Assembly (NCBI GenBank): GCA_007375535.1
Contig: VMEM01000001.1
Coordinates: 39,462-103,461, forward strand
Source of the DNA: Parcubacteria group bacterium LiPW_41
GTDB lineage: Bacteria; Patescibacteriota; Minisyncoccia; UBA6257; GWB1-50-10
Direction of reading: 5' to 3'
Length of the DNA: 64,000 bases
Shown: piece by piece, positions 37,975-48,115 of the stretch
Layout of the letters: the number at the start of each line of letters is the position of its first letter
Numbering within the stretch: the stretch's first letter is position 1
Position numbers and translations under genes: made by a program
Notes under the pieces: model-generated
Databases searched by the model: none
The model's input: only the letters and a program-made list of their open reading frames with translations
Told to the model about the DNA's origin: nothing

Positions 37975-38267
37975 TACTTTGGGGATTTATTTTTTCCAAT
38001 AACAATGGTTATTCCTTCGTCGGGCAGTTTTATAATCAAGAGTCCACTAATAAAACTTACCAAAAGGATAAAAACAATTACTAAAACAACCCACTGTGGA
38101 ACCATTAGAGAATTATTTGAAGTCAGAGAAGTCGTGCAGCTCATTCCCATAGAATAAACAATGAAACCAACCACGAGAGCAATAGGGATAACAACCATCC
38201 AAAATCCTATTCTTTCATTCTTTGAATCAAACATGGGCATATCACACCTCTTAAAATGTTCTACCAA
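37974..38267 (-). CDS. Small membrane protein
   Basis: 97 aa with 2-3 TM helices. Confidence 0.4.
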   Translation of the reverse strand: MVEHFKRCDMPMFDSKNERIGFWMVVIPIALVVGFIVYSMGMSCTTSLTSNNSLMVPQWVVLVIVFILLVSFISGLLIIKLPDEGITIVIGKNKSPK

Positions 38268-38339
38268 GATTAAACACCCAAATTACTTATCTGTAAATAA
38301 AAAAATTACAGTGGACAATTTACTTATTAAATCAATATA

Positions 38340-39392
38340 ATGCAAATGATGCGAATACTGGCAATCGAGACATCATGTGATGAGACCGCATTTTCACTTG
38401 TTGAAGCAAGTGGTGGACTTTTGCGTCCAACATTTTCTGTTTTAGAAAACCTCGTGACATCTCAAATCGCCATTCATCGCCCCTTCGGCGGAGTTGTTCC
38501 CAACTTGGCGAAACGAGAACATTTAGTTAACCTTCCAATTCTTTTTGAACAGATAAAAGAAAAAATTGGGAAAAAGAAAATCGATATTGTTGCAGTAACC
38601 GTTGGTCCAGGACTCGAACCAGCGTTATGGACTGGGGTTGGTTTTGCAAAAGAAATTCATAAAAAATATTTTCCAAAATCAAAACTAATTGGAGTAAATC
38701 ACATGGAGGGACACCTTTACAGTTTTTTGCTTTCGCAAAAAACTGAAAAATCAAATTTCAAATTTCAAATTTCAAAACTAAAAGAGTTATTTCCCGCAAT
38801 TGCACTTGTGGTAAGTGGTGGACACACAATAATTATTCGAATGGATTCACTCACAAAAAGAAAGAAACTTGGAGAAACACGAGACGATGCAGTCGGAGAA
38901 GCATTTGATAAGGTTGCCCGACTTTTAAATCTCCCTTACCCGGGAGGTCCAGAAATCGAACGGTGTGCAAAAGAAGGAAATCCTCACGCAATAGAATTTC
39001 CTCGTCCAATGATGCACGATAAAAATTATGAATTTAGTTTCTCAGGACTCAAAACCTCAGCACTCTATTATATGAGAGATCACAAAACTGCAAATATTAA
39101 TGATGTGGCAGCAAGTTTTCAAGAAGCAGCTATTGATGTACTAAGACACAAAGCAACACGAGCTATAAAAGAATTTAATGCACACTCACTACTTCTTTCT
39201 GGTGGCGTTGCAGCAAGCAAAGCACTCCGCACAGCACTCGAAGAACGATGTAAAGAATTGAACATAAGATTCTTTGCTCCATCAATTCAATACAACACCG
39301 ACAATGCAACCATGATTGCAGTCGCGGCATATATAAATTTTCTAGAAAAGAAAAACAGGGCCCTACGAGCAAATGGAAATATGGCGCTATAA
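38340..39392 (+). CDS. tsaD: tRNA N6-adenosine threonylcarbamoyltransferase
   Basis: N-terminus MRILAIETSCDETAFSLVE and Kae1/TsaD fold motifs. Confidence 0.85.
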   Translation: MQMMRILAIETSCDETAFSLVEASGGLLRPTFSVLENLVTSQIAIHRPFGGVVPNLAKREHLVNLPILFEQIKEKIGKKKIDIVAVTVGPGLEPALWTGVGFAKEIHKKYFPKSKLIGVNHMEGHLYSFLLSQKTEKSNFKFQISKLKELFPAIALVVSGGHTIIIRMDSLTKRKKLGETRDDAVGEAFDKVARLLNLPYPGGPEIERCAKEGNPHAIEFPRPMMHDKNYEFSFSGLKTSALYYMRDHKTANINDVAASFQEAAIDVLRHKATRAIKEFNAHSLLLSGGVAASKALRTALEERCKELNIRFFAPSIQYNTDNATMIAVAAYINFLEKKNRALRANGNMAL

Positions 39393-39403
39393 AAAAATCC
39401 CCA

Positions 39404-40138
39404 TTATATCTGGGGATTTTCAACTATTTCTTTTAATCTTTCAAAATGATTTCTTGAGACATCAAGTAAAAAACGAAACTGTTTTCCATATTCTGGACCA
39501 ACTGACGTTGTAATAAGCGCCAAAAAGAAACTTTGCATCTCTTCATTGGTTATTTTTACATCAACAACGCGTTTTTCTGTGCTGATGGTCCTTGAAATTA
39601 ATTCAAGTGATTTTCCGACACTCTCAATTCCAACACCAAAAGACAAAAGCCACAATAAAATTTCTTTGCCTTTTTTCCCGATCCTTTGAGGAACAATACA
39701 AAGAGGATGAACCGGATCAAGATATCGCGCAATACCATTGAAGCTACCACGAATAATTTCAAACCTATTAACGTCATCCTTAAAAAATTCAAGAAGACTA
39801 ATTTTTTCAGATGTAGCCGCTTCAGCGATCGCCTTATCAAAAAAATCTTCGAGAATCTCAATGAATTCCTTTTCGCAAGCAAGAAGTCTTTTTTCTGCTC
39901 TTTCTTTTGTTTGAGCTTGTTCAACTGTCTGAACATAAGGCCCCAAGGAATTTAGAATTGACTCATCAATTTTAATTTCTTTGAGAACCTCTTCCTTTGT
40001 TCTTGTTGGCGGCTTCCATTTCTCTTCTTCCTTTTTTGGAGAGGAAAAGAAATCAAAAATTCTCTTAACTAAACTCATTTTTTCCTCTTCTGTTATTAAT
40101 GTTAAAAACATTATATAATCTTTATTATAATGTGTCAA
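39404..40138 (-). CDS. Hypothetical protein
   Basis: 244-aa ORF with no motif. Confidence 0.45.
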   Translation of the reverse strand: MTHYNKDYIMFLTLITEEEKMSLVKRIFDFFSSPKKEEEKWKPPTRTKEEVLKEIKIDESILNSLGPYVQTVEQAQTKERAEKRLLACEKEFIEILEDFFDKAIAEAATSEKISLLEFFKDDVNRFEIIRGSFNGIARYLDPVHPLCIVPQRIGKKGKEILLWLLSFGVGIESVGKSLELISRTISTEKRVVDVKITNEEMQSFFLALITTSVGPEYGKQFRFLLDVSRNHFERLKEIVENPQI

Positions 40139-40185
40139 TATTCACAAAAATAGTAAATATGGTATACTTTTATTGTTAGGTTGAT

Positions 40186-41454
40186 GTGACCGTCCCCGAA
40201 AGGACGGACCATTTTTTAAAAAGGCCTAACAAAAAACAACTAAATATGATGAACCTAAAAGAGTTAGGTGCGGCGGTTGAACAGATAGCGAAAGAAAAAG
40301 GGCTACAACCAGAACGCGTGCTTCTCGCAATTGAAACTGCAATTGCAGCAGCATATAAAAAAGAATATCGAAAGAGAACCGAAGTAGTTCGGGCTCAGTT
40401 TGATATGAAGACGGGCGATATTAAATTTGTACAAGTAAAAACGGTAGTTGATCCAAACGAAGTAAGAATTGTTGAAGAAGTTCCAGAAGAAGAGAAAGAA
40501 GAAAAGAAACACGAATTCCGAGGACCACGACGAGAAGAAGAGCAGGTTGAAGAAGAAGGACTTCTCCCACGATATAACCCAGACAGACATATTTTTCTTG
40601 AAGAGGCAAAAATGATTAAGCCAGATGCAGTTGTTGGTGAAGAACTTGAGTTCCCTCTTGAATCACATTCCGATTTTGGACGTATTGCAGCACAAACTGC
40701 AAAGCAGGTTGTTTTACAAGGACTAAGAGACGCAGAACGCGCATCAGTACACGAGGAATATGCAGACAAACAAGGAGAAATCGTAAGCGGTATTATTCAA
40801 CGTTTTGACCGAGGAAATGTATTTGTAGATCTCGGACGAGCAATTGGCGCAATGTTCCGAAGTGAAAGTATCCCTGGAGAACACTATCGCGCAGGAGAAC
40901 GTATGCGTTTTTATGTGCTCGCAGTACAAGACGATCCACGTCACCCAGGTATTATGCTTTCTCGATCACATCCAAAATTTGTTCAAAAATTATTTGAACT
41001 CGAAGTTCCTGAAATTGCCGACGGAACAGTAGAAATAAAAGGTGTAGCACGAGAAGCGGGGAGCAGAACGAAAATAGCAGTGTACTCAAAAGAAGAGGGA
41101 GTCGATCCAGTCGGATCAGCAGTAGGACAACGAGGGACACGTGTTATGGCAGTCACCAACGAACTTGGAAATGAGAAAATTGATATTATTGAGTGGTCAG
41201 AAAAACCAGAAGAATTTCTTGCACACGCAATTTCACCAGCAAAAGCAACTCGCGTAGAAGTAAATGAATATCACGAAGCAAAAATTCTTGTTGCTGATGA
41301 CCAGCTTTCACTCGCAATCGGAAAGGGAGGACAAAACGTTCGCCTTGCAGTCCGACTTACTGGATGGAAAATAGACATTCGCGCAGAATCAAATCCTGAA
41401 GCAGTGCAAGAACACGGCACCGCTGACACAGAAGAAGAAAAAGTAGAGGAGTAA
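40186..41454 (+). CDS. nusA: Transcription termination/antitermination factor NusA
   Basis: S1 domain and two KH domains (IGKGGQNVRLA). The likely start is MMNLKEL near 40246. Confidence 0.85.
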   Translation: MTVPERTDHFLKRPNKKQLNMMNLKELGAAVEQIAKEKGLQPERVLLAIETAIAAAYKKEYRKRTEVVRAQFDMKTGDIKFVQVKTVVDPNEVRIVEEVPEEEKEEKKHEFRGPRREEEQVEEEGLLPRYNPDRHIFLEEAKMIKPDAVVGEELEFPLESHSDFGRIAAQTAKQVVLQGLRDAERASVHEEYADKQGEIVSGIIQRFDRGNVFVDLGRAIGAMFRSESIPGEHYRAGERMRFYVLAVQDDPRHPGIMLSRSHPKFVQKLFELEVPEIADGTVEIKGVAREAGSRTKIAVYSKEEGVDPVGSAVGQRGTRVMAVTNELGNEKIDIIEWSEKPEEFLAHAISPAKATRVEVNEYHEAKILVADDQLSLAIGKGGQNVRLAVRLTGWKIDIRAESNPEAVQEHGTADTEEEKVEE

Positions 41455-41492
41455 AAATAAAAATCCCCGCAAAAAACGGGGATTTTTTTAAT
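41455..41492. terminator. Bidirectional terminator CCCCGC/GCGGGG hairpin
   Basis: aaaaatccccgcaaaaaacggggattttttt. Confidence 0.6.
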
Positions 41493-41802
41493 CAACGTGA
41501 GTCGGAATATATACAAACGCATCAATATCACTTTCGAGTCGAACTCTTTTTCTATCGTATCGCCCACCCTCATACTGATCAAGAAGCGTTAATTCTTCAG
41601 GATAGACATCATACACAACACCCTCAACCGACAACTCACTACACTCTTCTATTCCAGGATATGTGTCTCCGCCATCAACAACTGCTTCGTCTTTATATTG
41701 ATATCCAGCCAACTTATCTGGTGTAGCAATCGCCATACGCCCGATAACAGATTTTAATAATTCCGGATCAACAAGTGTTCCATATACAAACAAGTGTTCC
41801 AT
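41488..41802 (-). CDS. Gamma-glutamyl cyclotransferase-like (AIG2/GGCT family) protein
   Basis: N-terminal YGTL motif (LFVYGTL). Confidence 0.6.
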   Translation of the reverse strand: MEHLFVYGTLVDPELLKSVIGRMAIATPDKLAGYQYKDEAVVDGGDTYPGIEECSELSVEGVVYDVYPEELTLLDQYEGGRYDRKRVRLESDIDAFVYIPTHVD

Positions 41803-41837
41803 ATAAATAGTATATCGTATTTTGTTATAAGTATAAA

Positions 41838-41873
41838 AATCCCGCCCCTCTCAGAGGGGCGGGGTATATTTTA
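41838..41873 (-). terminator. Terminator CCCGCCCCTC/GAGGGGCGGG
   Basis: 10-bp GC stem plus a T-run on the minus strand after the Hsp20 gene. Confidence 0.65.
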
Positions 41874-42344
41874 GTCTGCTTTAACCTTTACCTTTTTTCC
41901 TTTCTGTCGATTGAGTCGAGGCATTCGAACAGTAAGAACTCCATTTTTTACTATTGCAGTTGATTTCTCTGGATCAACCTCAACAGGTAAAATTACTGAA
42001 CGAGAAAATCTTCCCCAAAAACATTCCTGATAAAAATAGTCTTTGTCTTCAATTTTTTGTGACTTCTCTCGGGAACCCTTCACCGTTACCGATTCTGGAG
42101 TTATATGAATATCCAAATCATCAGGAGAAACTCCCGCAACCGTAGATTGGACCACAATATCATCTCCATCTTGATAGACGTCTACAGTAAGTTGTCCCTC
42201 TATCTCATCGCTTTGCTCATCCATCGCTGGTGCTTTTGGATCACTCTCAACGACAATTTTTGCTGGCGAAGACTTTACTTTTGCAAGTTCAACAAAAATA
42301 TCTTCTGGTTCGTGTTGTGTTTCTTTTTCTTCAAAATACTCCAT
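41871..42344 (-). CDS. Hsp20/alpha-crystallin small heat-shock protein
   Basis: Alpha-crystallin domain …GVLTVRMP. Confidence 0.8.
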   Translation of the reverse strand: MEYFEEKETQHEPEDIFVELAKVKSSPAKIVVESDPKAPAMDEQSDEIEGQLTVDVYQDGDDIVVQSTVAGVSPDDLDIHITPESVTVKGSREKSQKIEDKDYFYQECFWGRFSRSVILPVEVDPEKSTAIVKNGVLTVRMPRLNRQKGKKVKVKAD

Positions 42345-42372
42345 ATAAAGGTATTATATCACACAAAAATTT

Positions 42373-43056
42373 CTATTTCAGTTTTTCAAAATCTCGAAAT
42401 ACAAAAAATGAAACTGCAATCAAGAACAAAGTTGGAATAAGAAAATTGATTTCCTGAAACTGGTACACTAATAAATTAAAAATCGCATGAACAAATGTTC
42501 CTATTACTAATCCCAAAAAAACAAACTTTTTTACATTTCCCCTTACTAATCCCTTAGCCCAAAAATATCCAATAATTGCCGAGGCTAGTGTGTGTAGTAA
42601 TGTTGCACCAATAAATCTTAAAATAAGCGCGGCCCCAACTGCGGTAAATGCGAAAATGAATTTATATTGAAACATTACCGACGCAATCACAAAAAAATTT
42701 TCAATTGTAGCGAACCCAAGCCCGGCAACAACCATATAAATCATTGCATCAACTGGCTCTTCAAATTCTGGCGCTTTGTGAATTGCAAAATATGCACCAA
42801 AAAATTTAAATAACTCTTCAATTGTTGCGAGTATTATCGCCATCAAGAAAAAACTTGAAATTTGAGAAGAAAAAAGTGTTTCCGAAATTGTTTGAAAAAA
42901 CAGTACCGGAATACTCATGAGGGCACCAAATATAAATGTTTTTAAAATGAGTCTTGGTGGTGCGGGTTTTTTATCTTCATGCAGAAAGAAAAGAAGCCAT
43001 ACAATCGTAGGAAAAAGTGCCAACAACATATATCCAATAACCGTAGAAATTACCAT
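42373..43056 (-). CDS. PrsW-family intramembrane metalloprotease
   Basis: Motifs EELFK, FATIEN and H-x7-G (LHTLASAIIG). Confidence 0.65.
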   Translation of the reverse strand: MVISTVIGYMLLALFPTIVWLLFFLHEDKKPAPPRLILKTFIFGALMSIPVLFFQTISETLFSSQISSFFLMAIILATIEELFKFFGAYFAIHKAPEFEEPVDAMIYMVVAGLGFATIENFFVIASVMFQYKFIFAFTAVGAALILRFIGATLLHTLASAIIGYFWAKGLVRGNVKKFVFLGLVIGTFVHAIFNLLVYQFQEINFLIPTLFLIAVSFFVFRDFEKLK

Positions 43057-45158
43057 TGATGAATAATAAGAGGTGTCTTATCTTTTATCCCCTCTTTCCA
43101 TAATACCTCAGTAATAAAAGGAATAAATGGATGAAGCATAATGAGTGATTCTCTTAATGCATACATTAAAATTTCTTGAGTCCCCTCTTTCTGTCCTTCG
43201 TTCTGCATCTGTGTTTTTGCAACCTCTATATACTCATCACAAAACGAATGCCAGAAAAATTCATAAATGTCATGAAGTGCTTTTGAAAACTCAAACGTTT
43301 CAATGTCTTGTGTAACACCTTGTTTTAATTGCTTTATTCCTTCAAGAATTTTTTTGTCAGCCTCAGTGTTTCCTTCTGGAACGTTTTTCTCATCCCCCTC
43401 CTTTTTGTTTGCTAGAACAAACTTTGTTGCATTCCAAATTTTGTTTAAAAATTTCTTCCCTCCAATGACAGCTGTTTCGTCCCATCGAATATCTTGTCCG
43501 GTCGCCTGCCACACTACCGCAAATCGAGTTACGTCTGCACCATACTGTTCTATATATTGAAGTGGATCAATTCCAGTCCCCAAACTCTTTGACATTCGCT
43601 TTCCATCTTTTGTCATAATAGTCCCATGAATCAACACGTCTTTAAATGGAATTGCATTTTTAAATTCAATCCCTGAATAGATCATTCGAGCAACCCAAAG
43701 ATTTAAAATATCGCGAGCAGTGATGAGAGTGTTTCCTGGATAATAATTTTTCTTATCTTCTTCTTTTATTCCAGCAAATGGCCAAAGCGCAGAAGAAAAC
43801 CAGGTATCTAAGACATCTGGAGCCTGCTCCATTTCACATGAGTGACAAAATGAACACTCACTCGGTTTTTCTTTTGTAACAACAAATTTTTCTTTCTTTT
43901 CGTCGTTCGCGCAAAACCATACAGGAAGTCTGTGTCCCCACCAGATCTGACGAGAGACTGTCCAATCTCGGATATTTGAAAGCCAATCGAAATATGGTTT
44001 TTCGAATCGCTCCGGATGAATCTTTACATCTCCAGATTTAACTGCGCTAATTGCAGAATCGGCAAGCTCCCTCATCTTCAAAAACCATTGCGCTGATGGA
44101 ATCGGTTCAATAACTGAATTGCAACGATAACATACCGCAACATTATGTTTGTATGGTTCGGTCTTTACTAACATTCCCCCTTCTTCAAGTTTTTTCACAA
44201 CCTCTTCCCGTGCTTCATTTGCTTTTTTCCCTTCATAAACCCCCGCATCTTTTGTCATTCTCCCGCGCCCGTCAATAACTTGAATCATAGGAAGCTTGTG
44301 TCGCTCACCAATTTCAAAATCAACACTGTCATGAGCTGGAGTAACTTTTACCATCCCTGTTCCAAATTCTTTATCAATCATTTCATCTCCAACAATTGGA
44401 ATCTCTCGATTCATCAGTGGAAGCATCACCTTCTTTCCGATTAAGTGTTTATATCGCTCATCACTTGGATTTACCGCAATTGCAGTATCTCCCAACATTG
44501 TTTCAGGACGTGTTGTCGCGACAATGACGTCATCACTATATTTGATGTGCCATAATTTTGTTTCCTCTTCTTTATACTCAAGTTCAAGTTCAGACAAACT
44601 AGTTCCGCATCGAGTGCACCAATTTACTGTTCGAAATCCACGATACAAAAGTCCTTTTTCAAAATAGTGAATGAATGCGTCCTGAACGTCACGAGCATAT
44701 TCAGGGTCCATTGTAAATCGTGTACGAGACCAATCAGCAGAACATCCAAGTTTCTGAAGCTGAGACAAAATAATTCCCCCATATTCTTTTTTCCACTCCC
44801 ACACTCTTTCAATAAATTTTTCCCGACCTAATTCAAATCGATTAATCCCCTCTTTTTTTAATTGTTTTTCAACCACATATTGTGTCGCAATTCCTGCATG
44901 GTCAGTTCCTGGAAGCCACAATGTTTTGTATCCACGCATTCGATGATAGCGAATAACGAGATCTTGAAATGTATTATCAAGCGTATGCCCCATATGAAGA
45001 GAACCCGTCACGTTCGGCAATGGCATATATACGATATAATTTTCTTTTCGGTTTCCAGGGAGATTATCAGGATTAAAATATCCCGACTTCATCCACTCTT
45101 CATATATATATGATTCGTATAATTTTGGGTCGCACGCTCCCTCAATCTTCATTTCCAT
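43050..45158 (-). CDS. valS: Valyl-tRNA synthetase, C-terminally short
   Basis: PNVTGSLHMGH, GTDHAGIATQ and KMSKSLGTG. Confidence 0.85.
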   Translation of the reverse strand: MEMKIEGACDPKLYESYIYEEWMKSGYFNPDNLPGNRKENYIVYMPLPNVTGSLHMGHTLDNTFQDLVIRYHRMRGYKTLWLPGTDHAGIATQYVVEKQLKKEGINRFELGREKFIERVWEWKKEYGGIILSQLQKLGCSADWSRTRFTMDPEYARDVQDAFIHYFEKGLLYRGFRTVNWCTRCGTSLSELELEYKEEETKLWHIKYSDDVIVATTRPETMLGDTAIAVNPSDERYKHLIGKKVMLPLMNREIPIVGDEMIDKEFGTGMVKVTPAHDSVDFEIGERHKLPMIQVIDGRGRMTKDAGVYEGKKANEAREEVVKKLEEGGMLVKTEPYKHNVAVCYRCNSVIEPIPSAQWFLKMRELADSAISAVKSGDVKIHPERFEKPYFDWLSNIRDWTVSRQIWWGHRLPVWFCANDEKKEKFVVTKEKPSECSFCHSCEMEQAPDVLDTWFSSALWPFAGIKEEDKKNYYPGNTLITARDILNLWVARMIYSGIEFKNAIPFKDVLIHGTIMTKDGKRMSKSLGTGIDPLQYIEQYGADVTRFAVVWQATGQDIRWDETAVIGGKKFLNKIWNATKFVLANKKEGDEKNVPEGNTEADKKILEGIKQLKQGVTQDIETFEFSKALHDIYEFFWHSFCDEYIEVAKTQMQNEGQKEGTQEILMYALRESLIMLHPFIPFITEVLWKEGIKDKTPLIIHQW

Positions 45159-45206
45159 AATAATCCAATTCTATATCGATTTTTTCTATTAATAAAGAGG
45201 AGACTT

Positions 45207-45677
45207 TTGACAGAACACACCAAGACGCAGTATGGTGTACACAACATTAAAAAGGATAGTGAAATGAATCGAAAAAGAATGAAGAGAATGGAAAATTTTC
45301 TGGCATATTTTATTGCAGTAATTCATTTTGGAATTAAATATGAGTGCAAGTGCTATTGGTATAAAGACCTCAGAAACCCAAAAAATAATCGTCGGTTGGA
45401 CGGAACCTACGACCCAAAAGAAAATGGAAGGTCAAAAATCTTGATTGATGACCATGTAATAAAAAAACCACTGCGAGCAGCAAAAACTCTTTTTCATGAA
45501 GGCATACACCACGCATTCTTATTGCGAGGAAAAATCTCTGATGAAGACATGACGCTGCAATTTGAAGAGATGTGTTGGAGTTTAATGTCTCAAAAACAAA
45601 AACATTTTTTTATTAAATTACTTCCCAAAAAGTATCACCCAATTTCAAGAAAATATTCAAAAAGACCCCGCGCATAG
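45207..45677 (+). CDS. HExxH-motif putative zinc hydrolase / peptidase
   Basis: LFHEGIHHAF. Confidence 0.4.
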   Translation: MTEHTKTQYGVHNIKKDSEMNRKRMKRMENFLAYFIAVIHFGIKYECKCYWYKDLRNPKNNRRLDGTYDPKENGRSKILIDDHVIKKPLRAAKTLFHEGIHHAFLLRGKISDEDMTLQFEEMCWSLMSQKQKHFFIKLLPKKYHPISRKYSKRPRA

Positions 45678-45721
45678 CGGGATTATTTTTTAATAGGAAA
45701 ATAAAAAAAATTTAGCAATTC

Positions 45722-46123
45722 TTAAGAAATTATTTGTTTGTAGTGATTTATTTGGTATGTATCCCCTATTTTTCTTAACGCGACACAATCAATGCGCCAT
45801 CCAATTTTTTCATTAACTAATTTTGGAAAATGATTTGCATACCACTCCCCCGCTCGCATACATTTTTTTATCTTTGTGGAAGTCATTTGATCTTCAGGTT
45901 TTAAATAATTTCCAGTAACCGTTTTAACCTCAATAAATACAAGTGTGCCATCTATGTCTCGCGCAACAATATCAATTTCGTCATTCCATGGAAGCCTCAC
46001 ATTAGTATCTAAAATTTTCCACTTTTCTTGTTTCAAAAAATTTTGTGCAAAATATTCTCCATCATTTCCCACTTTTTTTCTTGTGGTCTCCATATATATA
46101 GTATACACCACGACACTTGACAA
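45722..46123 (-). CDS. YraN/UPF0102-family endonuclease-like protein
   Basis: GNDGEYFAQNFL…DEIDIVARDIDGTLVFIEVKT. Confidence 0.65.
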   Translation of the reverse strand: MSSVVVYTIYMETTRKKVGNDGEYFAQNFLKQEKWKILDTNVRLPWNDEIDIVARDIDGTLVFIEVKTVTGNYLKPEDQMTSTKIKKCMRAGEWYANHFPKLVNEKIGWRIDCVALRKIGDTYQINHYKQIIS

Positions 46124-46180
46124 AACAGTAATAATATATTTATATTAATCTATTCTTTCACAAATCTAAAAAGGAGTTTT

Positions 46181-47038
46181 ATGATGCGTTCATATTTCGG
46201 AGTCACAGGATTTATGTCGCAATCAGAAATGGTTGCACTTAATGAATTGCTTTCGCGAAAGATCGGCGAAACGACTATTCGAGAAAAAATTAAATCACTT
46301 AACAAAAAAGTAATGATTGGAGTTCTTGTTAACAAAAACACTCTGATGGGATTCCTCCCCTCAAATCCGTCTCGATATCCACTTATTGAAGATGCGAAAT
46401 CGATTTTTATTTCAGATGATCTTTTCCTTAATGCGGTCCACTATAATTCAGATGATTGGCGCATGCTTTCTCAACAGTTGTGCAAAATTGCAGAAACGTT
46501 TGAAAATCTTAACGCAATTCAATTGAACCTTGCATGGCCGGATTCTGAGCACATTATTCGCTTCCGAGACCAGTTTCCAAATATTGAGATTATACTCCAG
46601 GTCGGAAGCAGTGCGTTCTATGAAGTCGGTAATTCACCGCGCTCACTCTATGCTCGCCTCGAAGAATACTCGAAATGCATTAATCATGTCTTATTTGACA
46701 TGAGTGGTGGCGGAGGAAAGCTCATTGATGTTAATAATGAACTTATCAAAATTGTTGTTGACCTGCACGCAAAGTTTCCACAAATGTCGATCGGAATTGC
46801 TGGTGGTTTATGCTCAAGTGCGCTTCTTGGCGAGCAATACCAAACCAAGGAACCAGATGGTACCACAAAATCACAAGTTGGAGATGGGATAAATCGACTA
46901 ACTGAGTGTCTCTCGTCTTCAGAGTCTGACTTAAGTAGGCTGTCGTTAGATGCCGAAGCAAAATTAAGAATCGATGATGCGCTCTATCTGCCCGAAGTTA
47001 TTAAATATTTAATTGCATCAATCGCTACATTCTCCTAA
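46181..47038 (+). CDS. TIM-barrel protein similar to phosphoribosylanthranilate isomerase (TrpF-like), uncertain
   Basis: VLFDMSGGGGKLID (compare TrpF DSxSGGxGxxFDW) and IGIAGGL (compare LAGGL). GC content is noticeably above the window average. Confidence 0.35.
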   Translation: MMRSYFGVTGFMSQSEMVALNELLSRKIGETTIREKIKSLNKKVMIGVLVNKNTLMGFLPSNPSRYPLIEDAKSIFISDDLFLNAVHYNSDDWRMLSQQLCKIAETFENLNAIQLNLAWPDSEHIIRFRDQFPNIEIILQVGSSAFYEVGNSPRSLYARLEEYSKCINHVLFDMSGGGGKLIDVNNELIKIVVDLHAKFPQMSIGIAGGLCSSALLGEQYQTKEPDGTTKSQVGDGINRLTECLSSSESDLSRLSLDAEAKLRIDDALYLPEVIKYLIASIATFS

Positions 47039-47041
47039 ATT

Positions 47042-47077
47042 TCAAAGCCCGCCAAACATTGGCGGGATTTTTTATTC
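47042..47077 (+). terminator. Intrinsic terminator CCCGCCAA/TTGGCGGG plus T6
   Basis: After the TrpF-like gene. Confidence 0.6.
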
Positions 47078-47078
47078 A

Positions 47079-47310
47079 AAAATGTTTCACGTGAAACATT
47101 TTTGAATGTTTGTTGATAAACATTTTTTTAACGATGTAGGCCTAGCTTGACTATCAGATTGTCAAAAAATGAAGCAGGTTTTCCTGGTTTTTCGGGTTTT
47201 TCCATTTTTTTAATAAAACCAACTAAACACACCCTGAAAATGTTTCACGTGAAACAATATTGTGCGACATATCAAAATTATGTAGGCCTGGCTTGACTAT
47301 CAGCTTTTGA
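47079..47310. repeat. Two ~78-bp units, each with a TGTTTCACGTGAAACA palindrome and a 24-bp direct repeat ATGTAGGCCTRGCTTGACTATCAG
   Basis: Perfect 26-bp palindrome AAAAATGTTTCACGTGAAACATTTTT at 47079-47105; a second copy of GTTTCACGTGAAAC at 47240-47258; the direct repeats are at 47133-47156 and 47281-47304. Confidence 0.7.
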
Positions 47311-47386
47311 AACGATGGAATATAAATGTTTATTTATATTTCCAAAATGAGAAAGCTAACAAGTAAGGCGCCATCAGCTTTTGAGT

Positions 47387-48115
47387 TTATTCAACCTCCT
47401 TAATTTCTATCTTATCATGACCAATAGAAATATATGTCGAAGGAATATCAGTCCAACAACCAGAATTATAATAGTGAATTCCTCTTAACTGCTTTTCCAT
47501 CGCCTTGTGAGTATGTCCACAAAATACAATATCGGCCCTCTTTAAAAGTCCATATAAGACAGCTCCACGCGCAACCTTTTCTGACACCCGAAGCCATGAC
47601 TTACTTGCTCGCTTTAAGAAGCGACTGATAAATTGTCGTTCGGTGTCCAGCTTCTGTATTCCAAGATATAACCAAGAGGCGATAGTACTAACAATTGGAT
47701 TTTGTGTCATAAACCTATCAAATTGATGACCGTGAATAACAAGACATCTCTTCTTGTTCCACTCAAATATATATTCGTTACGAACCGTGACTCCAATTAA
47801 ACGCGAAAGAATCTGTGCAGCACCATCGTGGTTTCCCGCAATCCAAATAACTTCAACCCCATACTTTGGGTCAGACAACTGTCTTACTTTTGACAGCAAC
47901 TCCCAGTGATCGTGCTGAAGTCGTGTAAAATCAAGATCATCAAAAATATCACCATTTAATATCAGGGTTTTATATTCTTCGGTATTAAGCAGTTCAAGAA
48001 GCTTGTTTGCTCGACTCACGCTTGAACCAAGATGTATATCAGAAACAATAAGTGTGTGCATAGTTTGGGAATTGCGTAAATCCCGCAGTTCATCTTTAAT
48101 ATAACAAGATGGCAC
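47387..48115 (-). CDS. Calcineurin-like metallophosphoesterase
   Basis: DIHLG, GDIFD and GNHD motifs. Confidence 0.75.
   Translation of the reverse strand: MPSCYIKDELRDLRNSQTMHTLIVSDIHLGSSVSRANKLLELLNTEEYKTLILNGDIFDDLDFTRLQHDHWELLSKVRQLSDPKYGVEVIWIAGNHDGAAQILSRLIGVTVRNEYIFEWNKKRCLVIHGHQFDRFMTQNPIVSTIASWLYLGIQKLDTERQFISRFLKRASKSWLRVSEKVARGAVLYGLLKRADIVFCGHTHKAMEKQLRGIHYYNSGCWTDIPSTYISIGHDKIEIKEVE

Noticed and set aside
47079-47105. dif/XerCD site next to ftsK
   Set aside because: The palindrome is perfect and is centred on CACGTG, unlike the asymmetric 28-bp dif consensus with its 6-bp spacer. It also occurs twice with an associated direct repeat.
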